A program made the position numbers and the translations under genes. This document shows positions 63,430 to 64,000 of a stretch of 64,000 bases of DNA, piece by piece. Each line of letters opens with the position of its first letter. Positions within the stretch are counted from its first letter, which is position 1. This stretch comes from a phage: NCBI GenBank assembly GCA_014435945.1, contig GCA_014435945.1_4088.1. The stretch is one strand, 5' to 3'. Below the pieces are notes generated by a model. It saw nothing but the letters and a program-made list of their open reading frames with translations, did not search any database and was not told the origin of the DNA.

Positions 63430-64000
63430 ATGAGCATTTTAGCAATTCTTGAAAGCATTAAAAATACTAGCAGTACTCTGGGTAAAAAAGCTATCCTTGA
63501 ACAAAACAAAGATAACCAAACATTACAAAAAGTACTGAAATATACACTAGACCCTTCAATTGTAAGTGGGTATAAAAAGCTACCACAAGCTGATGATGTA
63601 TATCAACATATGACATTAGACGAAGCTATTGATAAGCTAGAATGCATTTACAAACGTGGTGTGACCGGAAATGCTGGACGTGACTTCATTGCTTCAGTAC
63701 TGGGTTCAGTATCAGAAGATGACCAAGAAGTTCTTCGTAAAATGCTCACGAAGAACCTTGATTGTGGTATCCAAGAAAAGAACTGCAATGATGTGTTCGG
63801 GAAAGGTTTCATCAAAGACGAACCATACATGCGTTGTTCGTTGATTGACAAAAAGACTGCAAAGAACATTAACTTCAAAGATTATGGTTATGCTATATCA
63901 GAAGTGAAAATGGATGGTCAGTACTTGAACCACGTTGTCATTAATGGTTCATTAACTTCTACATCCCGTAATGGTAAACTATACGACTTCCTGGGTTGTC
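63430..64000 (+). CDS. ATP-dependent DNA ligase (T4 gp30-like), 3'-truncated at window edge
   Basis: N-terminus MSILAILESIKNTSSTLGKKAILEQNKDNQTLQKVL parallels T4 ligase; lysine motif EVKMDG; frame open to window end. Confidence 0.8.
   Translation, partial: MSILAILESIKNTSSTLGKKAILEQNKDNQTLQKVLKYTLDPSIVSGYKKLPQADDVYQHMTLDEAIDKLECIYKRGVTGNAGRDFIASVLGSVSEDDQEVLRKMLTKNLDCGIQEKNCNDVFGKGFIKDEPYMRCSLIDKKTAKNINFKDYGYAISEVKMDGQYLNHVVINGSLTSTSRNGKLYDFLGC

Noticed and set aside
1-64000. Integrase, transposase or other mobile-element boundary
   Set aside because: No recombinase-like ORF or terminal inverted repeats were recognised; the repeats present are promoter and gene duplications.

Overview
This 64 kb window reads as a densely packed, AT-rich segment of a large virulent dsDNA phage genome, with every supportable gene on the + strand and most adjacent genes overlapping by a few nucleotides (ATGA/TAATG junctions). 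Three zones are visible. (1) 1-7237: an early-type module of ~19 small genes, each behind a near-identical sigma70-like promoter (TTGACA/TTGCAT, 16-17 nt spacer, TGnTATAAT) whose transcript begins with a G-rich stem-loop; it includes a minimal Ser/Thr protein-kinase-like gene. (2) 7238-45201: two very large tandem arrays of paralogous genes. Family F1 has 32 members of ~70 aa with a C-terminal motif like LGTNYQE. Family F2 has about 54 members of 100-290 aa with a conserved module E-E-x-[FY]-F-Q-x-S-L-[VI]-x-D and a following I-Q-K-x-M-K-E helix, behind hypervariable N-terminal regions. I regard these arrays as the most likely undescribed system here; their function is unknown. (3) 45800-64000: an enzyme module with a phage Dam-type N6-adenine DNA methyltransferase, an HxGH nucleotidyltransferase (NMNAT-like), a T4 RnlA-like RNA ligase, a T4 Pnk-like polynucleotide kinase/phosphatase, a lambda-type Ser/Thr phosphatase and the start of a T4 gp30-like ATP-dependent DNA ligase, interspersed with two further small paralog families (F3, F4). 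No rRNA, tRNA, CRISPR array, integrase or transposase was recognised. The palindrome AGTACT appears strongly over-represented by hand count. All coordinates were worked out by hand; starts are approximate, and no database search or computation was run.
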